DNA from: Atractiella rhizophila
Lineage: Eukaryota
Assembly (NCBI GenBank): GCA_021432655.1
Contig: MU271184.1
Coordinates: 186,001 to 250,000, forward strand
Reading direction: 5' to 3'
DNA length: 64,000 nt
The notes beneath the pieces are model-generated. The model was given only the letters and a program-made list of their open reading frames with translations. It did no database searches and was not told the DNA's origin. Each line of letters begins with the position of its first letter. Position 1 is the stretch's first letter. The translations under genes were made by a program, and so were the position numbers. Positions 13,931-27,025 of the stretch are shown here, piece after piece.

Positions 13931-15335
13931 TGTGCTGTAGTGGGTGTTACAGTCATTTGCAAAATTAGTATCGCTCTTCGCTCGTCGTCAACTTCATGTC
14001 AACCACTCTCCTGGTGGCAAATTTATGTCATTGTTCCTGAAGTCGTAGATCAAGTGCATGCACCAAATGATTTCTTGGACATTCTGTTTCGAAAGAGAGC
14101 TTAATAGGTAGGAATGAGAACACACATCCTGGGGTACATATTAGAACATAGGAATTTGCTTGCTCACATTTTGTCACTTTTGAAGCTGTAAGTGCCTACA
14201 TACAATTTAATAGATAATGTAGTTTCCAAAGAAGTGTTGTGAGTACTCAATCACTAATTATCTCTCAGCATCTCCCTAACAGCATAATCAGCCACTTTTT
14301 ATTGCAAACCAGCGGAAACTAGATGTGGTCCCCCCGAGGAATGAGGAGGAGCCCGCTACCCAACTTGTCAAATAAGATAGTGACAACAAGGTCATGTTGG
14401 CACAGAAATGGATGCTCTATCCAGGGTGGATCTGTCAACAACGCAGTAAGAAATCACATCTGGAGGAGTAATGTCATATTTGGCGGCGAGAGTCTACTGA
14501 AGTGAGGACTTTCCAAGTTGTTCCATCATGCAGGCAGGGATGGGCACTTGCAGGCGATGGAATGCAGGAGTAGCTGTGTTCTCGTGGCATGAAGGACTCC
14601 TCAACGTACTCTATGAGCTGAAGGGATTGTCGAGGGATCTAGAGAATTGAAGGAAGAGGACAACGCTTGGCATCTCGATAAGTTGCGGAAGTTCCAACAT
14701 TGTGTGCTAAGTCGCATGTAGCCGACAAAACCAGTGAGAGATATGAGGTGTGATTCACTGCGGTAGGATTCAGAAACGCGGACACATAAGGGTGAGGAAC
14801 TGCTCGAAAAGTAAGCTAACAGTGGAGGTGTCATATGTTGATGTACTTGCCAAATTCCTCCTCTCCCTCAATCCTGAACCAGTTCTCTGCTCCACCAACC
14901 ATCATCTGAGCTCTATCCTACATGGGCTATTGCCATACCTGGTAGGGCTAGCCTCATGGTCATCAGCACAGCTGATAAGGTCTTAGCAAAGTGGCTGGAG
15001 TCAGGCAATTTCAAGTGGTGGAAATAACGTCTGGAGCTGAAAAGTCTGGCTGCTGAGCGAATGTCAGTGTTTGCCATTTATGGTAAAGCAACCCCTTTGC
15101 TGGTATACCCTACTAGTACAGGTAAAGTATACCTAGAAAATTACCAGTACACCTTTAGCATCATGTGACCTCTATGATTATTGATTCCAATGAGATAAAT
15201 AATCATAATGCTCTGCAACTGAGTTGTACATAGGATTTAAGGAGGAGTAGAATGTGCAAAATACTTCTATTAATGAAAATCAAACTAGAACAAAACATGG
15301 AAAAGACATCCATCCTCATCGTTGTTACCTGTGAC

Positions 15336-16138
15336 TAGGCTTGTCATACGGGTTACCCGTGATCCGTGGGAAAACCTCCCGGTTATCTACCTCAGGTGCC
15401 ATCCCCTCAACCGCCCCGTCACCCGCACAGTTTTCACCGTCAGCCCACGGGGTGGGTAGGTGGTTTATGGGTGAGTGGCAGTTACAGCGGGCCGACAGGT
15501 CACAAGTAGGTGAAGGGTTACGATGGGAAGAGTTTGTACCGATATTGTGAAATGTGTGCAACAAGAACAAGTCAGCGTGCACTTGCTGGCTCGACTCAAT
15601 GGTCTTGATGGCTGCGCCTGCTGCTTCTTGCTTCTTCTGCTCCTTCCTAGCAACAGCCACATCCTTCTTCTTCCTTTCACTCTTTCAATGCCCTCAACAA
15701 CACATTTACCGGGACACCTACTCGCCCCATTCCCAAAGCTTCATCATCATGGAGGCACGAAAGCTCAAATCAACCGGCAACAGCGTTGTGGGTTACTATA
15801 ATCTATGGATAAAGGTGTTTGAGCTTGTTTAGACCAGAAACAAAAAACATTCTTCTCAGATATGGGTTAACTTAGAAATGAGCATTGTCTAAGAACTATA
15901 CTTATCTTGATACAATATTCAACGTATACATCTCTTTGAGGTTATCCCAGGACTTGTCAGCCAGCAAGCGCTAAGGCATGCTAGTGTGATCCAAAATTCC
16001 CAATTCGAAGCAATGACAAAATCAAGGTGAAGGTGAGAGAACCCGCAGGTTCCCACGGAATTTTTTGGGGAAGGATCCTAACCCGTCACCATTCCCTTAT
16101 CCCTCACGGGTTTTCCCCTGCACCCACAGACAACTCTT
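15336..16138. mobile_element. Non-autonomous hAT derivative, left palindrome arm
   Basis: Terminus TAGGCTTGTCATACGGG with ACCCGT/ACGGG subterminal repeats. A second subterminal cluster and a decayed opposite end (CCCACAGACAACTCT) lie at ~16040-16138. Confidence 0.6.
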
Positions 16139-19100
16139 TCAACACCTAATTATCTCCTTTCATTCACTAGCGAACCCCAACCCTCAATGACGATCAACAG
16201 GACAATCAAATCCCATGGATTCGACACTTGGCCGCACCGCCGATTCGTAAGTGCGAAAAGGGAACTCAATCGAAGCTTCTGAGCAATTGGTCTCACTGCT
16301 GAGAGGAAGAGAACACCTGATTGCAGTACAAGACAGCATATTGGCTGAAATGTTTGGGCCTGTTTATCAGCAACTTTGGCGCTGCCGTACGCAAACCTAG
16401 CGCTCGTCGCAGGTCCACCGCCAGGACAGTCCTGAGGTTTAGGCACTGAATCCAATGCCGCTAAAGGGGAGAAGAGCCACTTTAACGTTCTTTAACGTTG
16501 ATCAATGGAAGCAGACGAGCGCACCCTGTCCGGAAAGCTGTCCTTGAACACGGAGGAGCTATCATGCTCACTATTCCGCTGATAGTCTGCATTGTCCAAC
16601 TTCGCACTGGGCGACAGTAGGGGTAGAGGCGAGGGACGAACTCAGAGGCTTCTTGTTGTTTTTATCATCAAAATGGAGGGAATGAGTTGAGAAGTTGGCA
16701 TTCCACTCCGGTAACCTCGACTTGATCAGAGTTTCCAAGGCTGGTCTTCTTGTGCGTGTGAGAGTTTCTCTCAACTAAATCGCTGAGGGGAACATTGTTA
16801 TTCTCAACCTCGATAGCCTGCTCTCTTATTCCAGGATCATGCTGGCTCTGCCAATTAAGGTCAATGAGACTGGGTGATGTTAGAGATAAAGAAGTCACAG
16901 CGGCCAAATCCAGTGCGAGCAAAGGACAAATTCAGAATGTCTCAACGATCTTAACATTAACCTCACGTTAAGCACTTCTCTGGGCCAACCGCTCTTTTGG
17001 CCATTGGGATAATTCACGCTATTACCGATTGCATTAATACCCCTGTTCCTTTAAATTTCGTCGCAGCGCGGTGAGTGATGCCGAGAACCTTGAAGAACAC
17101 TTCGATCACCACCAAAGATGGAGCTGTTGCTCTTCGTCGCTCCAGCCATTCCGTCAACAGGAAGCAAGTTGGTCGCCGAAGCGTAGGCTCAAATACTCCT
17201 AAGGGAAGGAGGGAATTAATCGAATTCGCGAGGTTGCAAGAATGTGACTCGCCTCTGGAATGTTAACAAATGAGCCAAGATTAGGAAGAGAGAGTAGAAA
17301 CATGCTTCTGCTGCATGACTCCATTAGTCAGTCGACCGGGGGAGGCAAGGGTTCTCTTACCTGCGCTTTGCGTTGAGGCGGGGGGCTCCAAATTATCGGG
17401 GGTCCTGTATAAATCTTCTCAAAACTGAAGGTCAAAGCCAGCGAGCGGCCATCGGGTGGCTAAACAGACAGTGCGAGTTGCATTGTTCAAGTCAATATAT
17501 ACAAAAAGATTCCACTGAAAAGGCCTGAGACAACACCCGCAAACGAGCATAATCATTGATGGCGGGTTCGAGAATAACGGGACGAGCATGGCTCCGTGGG
17601 TGCGCACGGAGAATGGTGTAGTGGATGATTCATGTGGTGGTGAGCTTTTCAACTCGGTAATGTGTAGGAGGGATATTGTTTGCTGTTGACAACAGCAAAC
17701 AATATCCCTCCTACACATTACCGAGTTGAAAAGCTCACCACCACATGAATCATCCACTACACCATTCTCCGTGCGCACCCACGGAGCCATGCTCGTCCCG
17801 TTATTCTCGAACCCGCCATCAATGATTATGCTCGTTTGCGGGTGTTGTCTCAGGCCTTTTCAGTGGAATCTTTTTGTATATATTGACTTGAACAATGCAA
17901 CTCGCACTGTCTGTTTAGCCACCCGATGGCCGCTCGCTGGCTTTGACCTTCAGTTTTGAGAAGATTTATACAGGACCCCCGATAATTTGGAGCCCCCCGC
18001 CTCAACGCAAAGCGCAGGTAAGAGAACCCTTGCCTCCCCCGGTCGACTGACTAATGGAGTCATGCAGCAGAAGCATGTTTCTACTCTCTCTTCCTAATCT
18101 TGGCTCATTTGTTAACATTCCAGAGGCGAGTCACATTCTTGCAACCTCGCGAATTCGATTAATTCCCTCCTTCCCTTAGGAGTATTTGAGCCTACGCTTC
18201 GGCGACCAACTTGCTTCCTGTTGACGGAATGGCTGGAGCGACGAAGAGCAACAGCTCCATCTTTGGTGGTGATCGAAGTGTTCTTCAAGGTTCTCGGCAT
18301 CACTCACCGCGCTGCGACGAAATTTAAAGGAACAGGGGTATTAATGCAATCGGTAATAGCGTGAATTATCCCAATGGCCAAAAGAGCGGTTGGCCCAGAG
18401 AAGTGCTTAACGTGAGGTTAATGTTAAGATCGTTGAGACATTCTGAATTTGTCCTTTGCTCGCACTGGATTTGGCCGCTGTGACTTCTTTATCTCTAACA
18501 TCACCCAGTCTCATTGACCTTAATTGGCAGAGCCAGCATGATCCTGGAATAAGAGAGCAGGCTATCGAGGTTGAGAATAACAATGTTCCCCTCAGCGATT
18601 TAGTTGAGAGAAACTCTCACACGCACAAGAAGACCAGCCTTGGAAACTCTGATCAAGTCGAGGTTACCGGAGTGGAATGCCAACTTCTCAACTCATTCCC
18701 TCCATTTTGATGATAAAAACAACAAGAAGCCTCTGAGTTCGTCCCTCGCCTCTACCCCTACTGTCGCCCAGTGCGAAGTTGGACAATGCAGACTATCAGC
18801 GGAATAGTGAGCATGATAGCTCCTCCGTGTTCAAGGACAGCTTTCCGGACAGGGTGCGCTCGTCTGCTTCCATTGATCAACGTTAAAGAACGTTAAAGTG
18901 GCTCTTCTCCCCTTTAGCGGCATTGGATTCAGTGCCTAAACCTCAGGACTGTCCTGGCGGTGGACCTGCGACGAGCGCTAGGTTTGCGTACGGCAGCGCC
19001 AAAGTTGCTGATAAACAGGCCCAAACATTTCAGCCAATATGCTGTCTTGTACTGCAATCAGGTGTTCTCTTCCTCTCAGCAGTGAGACCAATTGCTCAGA

Positions 19101-19239
19101 AGCTTCGATTGAGTTCCCTTTTCGCACTTACGAATCGGCGGTGCGGCCAAGTGTCGAATCCATGGGATTTGATTGTCCTGTTGATCGTCATTGAGGGTTG
19201 GGGTTCGCTAGTGAATGAAAGGAGATAATTAGGTGTTGA

Positions 19240-20043
19240 AAGAGTTGTCTGTGGGTGCAGGGGAAAACCCGTGAGGGATAAGGGAATGGTGACGGGTTAG
19301 GATCCTTCCCCAAAAAATTCCGTGGGAACCTGCGGGTTCTCTCACCTTCACCTTGATTTTGTCATTGCTTCGAATTGGGAATTTTGGATCACACTAGCAT
19401 GCCTTAGCGCTTGCTGGCTGACAAGTCCTGGGATAACCTCAAAGAGATGTATACGTTGAATATTGTATCAAGATAAGTATAGTTCTTAGACAATGCTCAT
19501 TTCTAAGTTAACCCATATCTGAGAAGAATGTTTTTTGTTTCTGGTCTAAACAAGCTCAAACACCTTTATCCATAGATTATAGTAACCCACAACGCTGTTG
19601 CCGGTTGATTTGAGCTTTCGTGCCTCCATGATGATGAAGCTTTGGGAATGGGGCGAGTAGGTGTCCCGGTAAATGTGTTGTTGAGGGCATTGAAAGAGTG
19701 AAAGGAAGAAGAAGGATGTGGCTGTTGCTAGGAAGGAGCAGAAGAAGCAAGAAGCAGCAGGCGCAGCCATCAAGACCATTGAGTCGAGCCAGCAAGTGCA
19801 CGCTGACTTGTTCTTGTTGCACACATTTCACAATATCGGTACAAACTCTTCCCATCGTAACCCTTCACCTACTTGTGACCTGTCGGCCCGCTGTAACTGC
19901 CACCCACCCATAAACCACCTACCCACCCCGCGGGCTGACGGTGAAAACTGTGCGGGTGACGGGGCGGTTGAGGGGATGGCACCTGAGGTAGATAACCGGG
20001 AGGTTTTTCCCACGGATCACGGGTAACCCGTATGACAAGCCTA
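19240..20043. mobile_element. Non-autonomous hAT derivative, mirror copy in right palindrome arm
   Basis: Reverse complement of 15336-16138; ends CCCGTATGACAAGCCTA at 20043. Confidence 0.6.
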
Positions 20044-21099
20044 GATATGAATACTAGAGGTGGCGGTATGAGCTATGTGACTCAAACCGGCTCGATATTC
20101 TTGGAGAAGGATGGAGGTGAGTCTACAATGCTTCAGAGAGGTCGGTCATCTAATTGAGAGTAGTTGCATCCGTCTCGAATCGAGTCGCCGTCCCTGCCCC
20201 GGCACAAAGGACAAGTTCCCAGCTGACCCGAAACAACACTTATGCCATCTCATACCCCCCAAGCACGAGCTACGATGCCCGGAACGCTTACTTGCATGCG
20301 GACACTATCCTAATGCACCTCTCTTGAACTGTGATCAAGTCCTGAAATGAAGGGGACTCGGATTGGCAAGCGGGATGATGAGTCACTGCAGAGACAGACT
20401 AAGTGTGCAGCTCGTGAACACTCTGCTGCAATTTGACCTACACTCTCTCGGAGCATTGGCAGCACACTCACAAAGGTGAGGAGAAGACTGACCGGGTTGC
20501 ATCCATTCCGAATGCATGCCATAACATCTTGCGCCTAGGACAATCTCATGATTGATATCAGGGGATGACTATGGAGGTGCTGGGAGAAAAAGCATAGAAA
20601 GGGAACAGAGAATGAGCTCAGGAGATTGAGGGGTGAGGAGGTGCTTCGGGGTGGCTCACGTCAAGGAAGAGGTCGTGGGATCACGATGGGTATGGGATTG
20701 AGAGGAGCAGTGAGTGCGAGAGAGGGGGTGGAAAAGCCAAAAGAGGATGACGGTGCAGGTGGAAGAGGTTTATAGGCAGCATCGGGTCGGTCGTTTAATC
20801 ACCTTCATTCATGCCAGATTGACGTGACAACACATCACCTCTGACCTCCGTCGATCGCGAAGCACCCTCTCACCCCTCGGGTCTTTCCGATCTGTCAGCC
20901 TCTCTCTTCCGAATTCAAAAACATACAAACGCAATGTCTTGTTTGAAAGCACTGACCAGATCTCAAGTGCGAAACCGGTTGCTGCAAATATACTGAAGAA
21001 CCAAGGGATCCATCTTCGACGAGCCCATATTGCTCACACCCTTGCGGAAAGCAGGAACTCGGAACGCAGTGCGGTTACAATGCTTCAGGGGATTCTCTT

Positions 21100-21404
21100 G
21101 AGACACGAATGGGGATGCACAAAGGACAGCTATACCACCAACCGGTAGGATAGGGTAAATCTTGTCCCAAGTCTTCGGGTCACCTTTGAGCCAGGCAAGA
21201 CACATGATAAGTGTGAACTCCAAGAGACCGCAGTAACTTGATAATTCTAGTTGGAGAGGAGGTACTGGTTGAAGAAGAAGGCAGCTCGGACTGGGGCCAA
21301 CGCTGTGCTTTCCACATTGTTTTGAATTCTCGAGGGAAAGTAACTATGAAATCCCAACCGTAGAATGCATAACAAGCTGTCATCTCCCACTGTATTGTGT
21401 TCAT
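21100..21404 (-). pseudogene. Fungal membrane-protein fragment (DUF6533-like N-terminus)
   Basis: CYAFYGWDFIVTFPREFKTMWKAQRW fits the D..lTf..E...iW pattern and is followed by hydrophobic segments in another frame. Appears disrupted. Confidence 0.4.
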
Positions 21405-22271
21405 ATGCAGAAAGGAGAAAGCGCAAACCGGTTAGGTAAGTACGGTTTGTGAGAGTATGTCCTCGATGGCTGCACGTTGGAGAGCAAGGTCAAGTGGTTC
21501 TTGCGCTCTAAGAGCAGAAGATGACATGTCCCCTTCTTTGTCGAGGCAGCTGTGAGGAGGAAAAACAAAGTTTACATCGAAGAAGCCTTTATACTTCTGG
21601 TTCATGGCGCAAACTGATGGTGACACCTTCAGAAGCCCGAATCTTGATCATTGTCAATACTGGACTACCAAGTATGCCATGATCGAAGGACCACCATTGA
21701 CCAACAATGCAGAAATACACTGCCAGAGTTCTAAGTATTGGAGGGGGAATCAGCTTTGTTCCTGCTGCACTACTTCCGCGTTAACAACCGCTGACCAAAC
21801 AGAGGCTCATAGTCACACAAATTCTCCTGGTTCGCCGGACAAGTTGCTGCCTAGTGAGTAAATAATTATATGTCGTTGTAGGCGAGCTAGGTCGTTGTCT
21901 TTTCCTATCTCACTCGCTCACCAACAAACTACCTTTGAGAACCGATCGTGTTCCTTGATTCTACATGTGCTGGCAAGTAGAGTCGCATACGCATAAGTAA
22001 CGAGTTTCACAACCATTCAGATGTTGAAGGTCTCTCACTTTGTGGGAGGGTGGGACGGTGCAGGGGAAGGGGAAGGTGCGCTGCGACCGTCTCCAGAGTA
22101 CTGCCCCATTCAAATTCGTTATTCGTTCGTAGAATGGAGCGTCGGCAAGCGTCGCCTCAGCTCTTGCTGCAAATGAGAGTAGGTATTTGTAGGTATCAGT
22201 AGTTTTCGGTATGTAACAAGTGTGTCGGTGCCCTCGTCCATCAGGCACCCCCCAAGCCAGGGGCTTCGCCC

Positions 22272-22955
22272 TAGGGCTTTGCACCGTCACCGTCAAGACG
22301 GGTGATGGGTCCGGGACGGACGGCATTTTTGGCCACCCGTCCCGTCACCGTCACAACTTTGATTTTTTGACGACGACGGTATAAACGGACGGTGCTACCC
22401 GTCCGTCAGCCCTCTCATGCGCTTCCATGACGGGTCAGACGGGGAACAACGGGTGTTATATATGAATTTTAAGTTTTAAACCTGTTTTCCCGGTTTTTTT
22501 GCTTGTTTTGCTGCAAGCTTTTCGTAATTTCATATTTTCTTGTTTGCAGCAGAGCAAACATTCCTTTGCATGGCCCGAAACGGCCAGAAAGGACTTCCGG
22601 GTCAGTACAAACCTAATCTTATGTGGGCGGGCTGCGGGCGGGCCATAGCCGGCTCAACCAAACCACCTTTCCGCCCAGCCAAACAGGCTTAGGCTTGCCG
22701 GCATTAGTAGTTAGCGGCTAGAACATGGCACGAATGAGATATTCCGGTGGTGCCGGACAGAATAAAGGAACATTTTGTTGAACACCCGTGTTCACCGTCA
22801 AACCTGTCCGTCTGCACCACTTTTCTTGCCGTCTCAGTCCCGTCACCGTCAGACAGTCCCCGTGTTCAGTGACGGTGCGGGTGACGGGACGGGATCACCC
22901 GTCCCGTCGCCGTCTCAGGCACAAAAATCGACGGACGGGACGGTGCAAAGCCCTA
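22272..22955. mobile_element. hAT-family MITE, 684 bp
   Basis: 17-bp TIR TAGGGCTTTGCACCGTC / GACGGTGCAAAGCCCTA. 8-bp TSD CTTCGCCC at 22264-22271 and 22956-22963. Dense CCGTC/GACGG subterminal repeats. No transposase. Confidence 0.95.
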
Positions 22956-24914
22956 CTTCGCCCCTTGGACCCCAGCCTCCGTCAGCCACTATGTGGGGAT
23001 CACCTTCAGCGTGCACAGATTCACCATATGTACATGTGTTTTGGTATGAGTCTATATCATTTCATTGCAAGTCTACATGCATCTGATTGTGAAAATTCAA
23101 ACCTCTGTACACTTCTTGCGCTTGTGCACCGTATTTTGATTAAGGCGCCATTTCGATGCTTGAAGGTCTACAGTAGCTTTTCGCAAAAACGTTTAATGCA
23201 AGAAGTAATCAGCCGTCAAAGTGGAAGGTGCAGCCAGCTGCGCAGAGCAGCTATGCAGGGTTAGCGCGAGCACATCGCCATACGTCATATCTTCCCCATG
23301 GTGACATTTTTACAAAAGATGTAGCTTGCTCCGTCATCCGTCTTTGTTGATCTTCCTTGAATCTCAGCACAATTTTCTCATTACTCCTCAATTCGATCCA
23401 GCCCTTGAATACGGAGAAAGAACTTGTCCCCGGTGCCTCAACAATTGAGAGTTTCCACCAACCTCCCCGTGCACTTTCATCACTTTCATTTGGTCGTTCG
23501 GCAGACGTGATGGCATGCTATGATGACAAACGAGTCAACTGGCGAAGGGGCGGTGCAACTTTCCCAGTGCCCGATGTTCTGACAGCGTAGTTTAAAAAAT
23601 TTAGTCAGTGGCCCTCCTGATTGCAGATGGATGAGGCCGAGATGCGAAGGCGTGGGAACGGGCCGGGCCGACATCTAGCTGAATCTTGACTGAACCATGG
23701 CACATTTGCGTCATCAGAGAGCCGAGAGCAGGACGACCTGATGCTTAGAGCGGCAGTGGAGTGACGATCTTTCGTATTCTCTCAACAAATCAGACAAAAG
23801 AGACCAACGTATGTTCTAAGACGTATCGTACCGCTAGTCGCCCATGCTCAGCTTTGTGCTCTTATTGTTTCTGTTCCAATTAGTTGGTTTTCCGTTGGGC
23901 GGCGGCGGAAGAGGACAGACCAAGAGAGTAGCCGCGCAGATATTTCCCTGTTGCTATCCTTGGTTTCGATCCCCCTCAGCGGTTCTGCTTTCGGCGGCTT
24001 CTCTCCCCCATTGGCTACCAAAACATAAACAAAAGCTTTGGGGGATGGATGAACCACATAACTGTCACCGTCACCACAACATCTCATGTATCTTCAAACC
24101 GCACCGGCTTGCCGCATATGACAAGAAAGCTGTGGTTGGGATGAGTTAGGATGGATCTGAGTGGGTGACTGTCAGGCCAAGCTAACTCGGGCGGCTTTCC
24201 TCTTATCAGGGCACATCCAAGCTGCTTCCAAAGGTCTCTGAGAATGGAGAAAGAGGGAGTGAACGTCAACGTTATGGGACTACGGATCTTGGTGTCTTCC
24301 ATGGCATCAAAGTTGAATGGGGAGTATTACTGAAAGCCTGCCCATAAGCCAGCCGCTGAAAATAGCAAAGTCATTTGCATTCAAATACCATGACATGGAT
24401 GCCGCGCCGAGGGGGCCTATGCTATGCTGAGGGCAAAGCGCTCAGTAAATTATGCGTCTCAATTCAGGGCAGTGTTTATTTCAATTGCCATTTCAAAGAT
24501 GTCTGTGGACTCCCATGCGTTGTTGCTCCAATGCAAATTGCCGAAGTTATGTTAAGTCAATTCTTAATTTAGGCGCTTCGATTTCTCGGTCTCGCAACAA
24601 TCACTCGCTTTTGTAGGTTTTTGCAGATATTACCGTTGAAAGGGATTGAATGGAGATAGTGAGGGCTACAAGCTTCGACCGCGATGGTGGTCTCGACTTA
24701 CGTGAAGGAGTTATTGGGGTCTCACACTCTCACTTACATAAAACGGCGCACCTCATCAAACTTTTTCTGCTCCAAAGTTTTCAAACTCAGCTTCGCTCTA
24801 AGAATAGTGACGACGACACGCACCAACGCGCTGCCCTTTGTTGCTAGTTCCCTGGAAAAACCGTCTCCAGCTCCTCCTACACAACCAACCCCAATCTCTC
24901 ACTTTGCAAGCACA

Positions 24915-26431
24915 ATGAGAACAAGAGTGGTGAGCAGTTCTCTCTCTAGAAACCAAGCCTGTCTCAAATGTACGTCATCCCATCTTGTTGGCTGCTGGCG
25001 CTAATCATTCGTGGCAGGTCGCAGTCGAAAGGTTGGTTGAGGCTTTAACTTGAACGCAGCAGTTTCTCAAGAAACTCCAGGTACGATGCTCAGCAGAGCG
25101 GCCTGGCTGCAATGCTTGCAGGAGTAAGTCAACCCCATTATACAATTTAATCGCTGAGTTCCACTTCAGGGAGCGCTAGCGCTCGAGGAGAAGATCCCTC
25201 TCTAGTTCGATGCGTGTATATCAGCCCTCCTCCTTGGGGCGACAAGGAAGAGGAATCTGCGGAGGAAGAACCCATTGTCGCTGATGGGAGTCCTGAAGGT
25301 CCGTCATTCCATTTGTGGCACCCGCTGATTAACTGGGTTCCAGATGGCGATAATAATGACCGCTATTCTTTTAGAAAGACGCGCAGAAACCTTGCGGGCG
25401 CTTTACGTGAATCGCTAGCGACAGTTTCAAAACGGTCGTCTTTGAAAGCTAAGCCTGCAAAGTCAACTGAAGCGAACAGCGTCCAAAAGAAGACACAGAA
25501 ACGGAAACGGAAATCAAAAACCACTGAGTCAGAGACAGACGATGACGTTGATTTGGATGCAGAAGGCGATACGGGCGTTAATTTCACGTCACCGCGGTCT
25601 CTTCAGTCAGTGGACTCCTTCCCAACTCACGGCTCAGCCAATATTGTTTCGAAACCACAGATTTTCGGTCCGTCAGCTCGGACCTTAACATTAGCAACCC
25701 CTTCCAGAACCGCTCCCTCCAGCGAGTTCTTTCCCTCTCCTCTTACGAGCGCCGCAGTTTCACCTCGTTCAATTCGGACTACCTGTCCCTCACATGCCTA
25801 TTCCGCTAACGAGTATTCGAATCTGCAAGCAAAGGTAGCCAATAAACTCCAAACAGTCTTGAACCAAGTAGAGTATTGTGCTCCTCCAGTGGTTCACGAT
25901 TATGCATCATTCCCAGACCTCCATCAAGCTGCCTCTCCAACATTTAGCAAATTTTCGGGCAGCGCTGCAGAAGACTCCACGCTCAGCGTGCCTTCTCCAG
26001 GAAATCTGTCCCTATTTCACGGAAATTGGCGCCATCCCCTCAGTCCAGGTGTCGATGTTCAGGCTCAAATGCAGCTTCAATACCTCTACCTCCAGCAACG
26101 ACAGAAGCTTGCACAGCCCATTGACATTTCGCCACTACCTCCCCCAATGTCTCTACCGACACCCGGACTTTATCTTCCCCCTGTGACGATCCAAGCGACT
26201 ACGAGCACTTATATTCCAGTATCTCAAGGCCCTAATTTATCTCACATTCACACTCTCCCGCATCAAACTCAGTATCAGCTCTCAGTTGTTCCTACCCCTA
26301 CTTTCCAAACTTATGGGCCCGTTAATTACCAAGGTCAGATCCAGCTAGCGGAATCCAGTACATTCCCTATCATGGAGCAGATGGAGCAGTTGACGAGTTG
26401 GGGAAGAACGAGATCAAATTGTCGGGTTTAG
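24915..26431 (+). CDS. Zn(II)2Cys6 binuclear-cluster transcription-factor-like protein, 4 exons
   Basis: ATG 24915. GT-AG introns 24970-25017, 25032-25080 and 25124-25169 splice to CLKC-RSRKVR-C-SAERPG-CNAC-RRSASARGEDPSLVR-C-VY, in frame with the 405-aa ORF 25214-26431 (basic NLS-like KRKRK, S/P/Q-rich tail). Confidence 0.82.
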
Positions 26432-27025
26432 AATCAGATGAGCCGCACGGGTTCTATCACCAGCAACCGGATGAAAAACATAAACCTCTGCGGATCAGGA
26501 AAATGCTGATGTGCTTCCTCCTTTTGTCCGTAAAAGCTGTTTATTTGTCGAAGGAAGGAAATCGCTCTTTGGGGAGAGTGAATAAACACGAACAAACACA
26601 GAAATGTAAGGTACTGCTGGCTGGTTGGCGGTTTCACGTGTTGAATGAACTGGGATCATCTCAAGGTTCCCAGGTCTCAAGTGGAGGTGGACGGATCGTC
26701 CGGAGCCTATAGATTTAGGTTCTGGACAGAGTATTGTCTCCCGTGTCACAGTGTATGTGACTGGTTTCATCGGGGTGGGCATTGATCAGATGGTGATCAG
26801 TACGTGTCTCAAAGTTCATCTACTACTAGTAAATGTGTAATATTACTATCCACGGCAATCAGCATCAATAATGTGGAGTGATAACCAACTTCACGACAGG
26901 TGTTCTAAGCGTGAAAATAAACCCGCCTCAGCAAGATCGTTAACGTGATAAAATGTATGTTCAACGGGGTCTGGCTGAACGTAGCAGCTTTGCACAATGT
27001 TGTCCGTGAGACCAAAGCTGAACCG

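Larger units (their letters stand above)
15335..20044. repeat. Giant near-perfect palindrome: arms ~2354 bp, single unpaired A at 17689
   Basis: Centre TGCTGTTG-A-CAACAGCA. Mirror ORFs have identical translations and coordinates summing to 35378 (e.g. 17075..17266+ and 18112..18303-). The only differences I saw are in the outer ~150 bp. Confidence 0.97.

Noticed and set aside
15327..20051. Target-site duplication around the palindrome or its internal hAT copies
   Set aside because: Flanks CCTGTGAC and GATATGAA do not match, and the inner flank matches only 4-5 of 8 bases.
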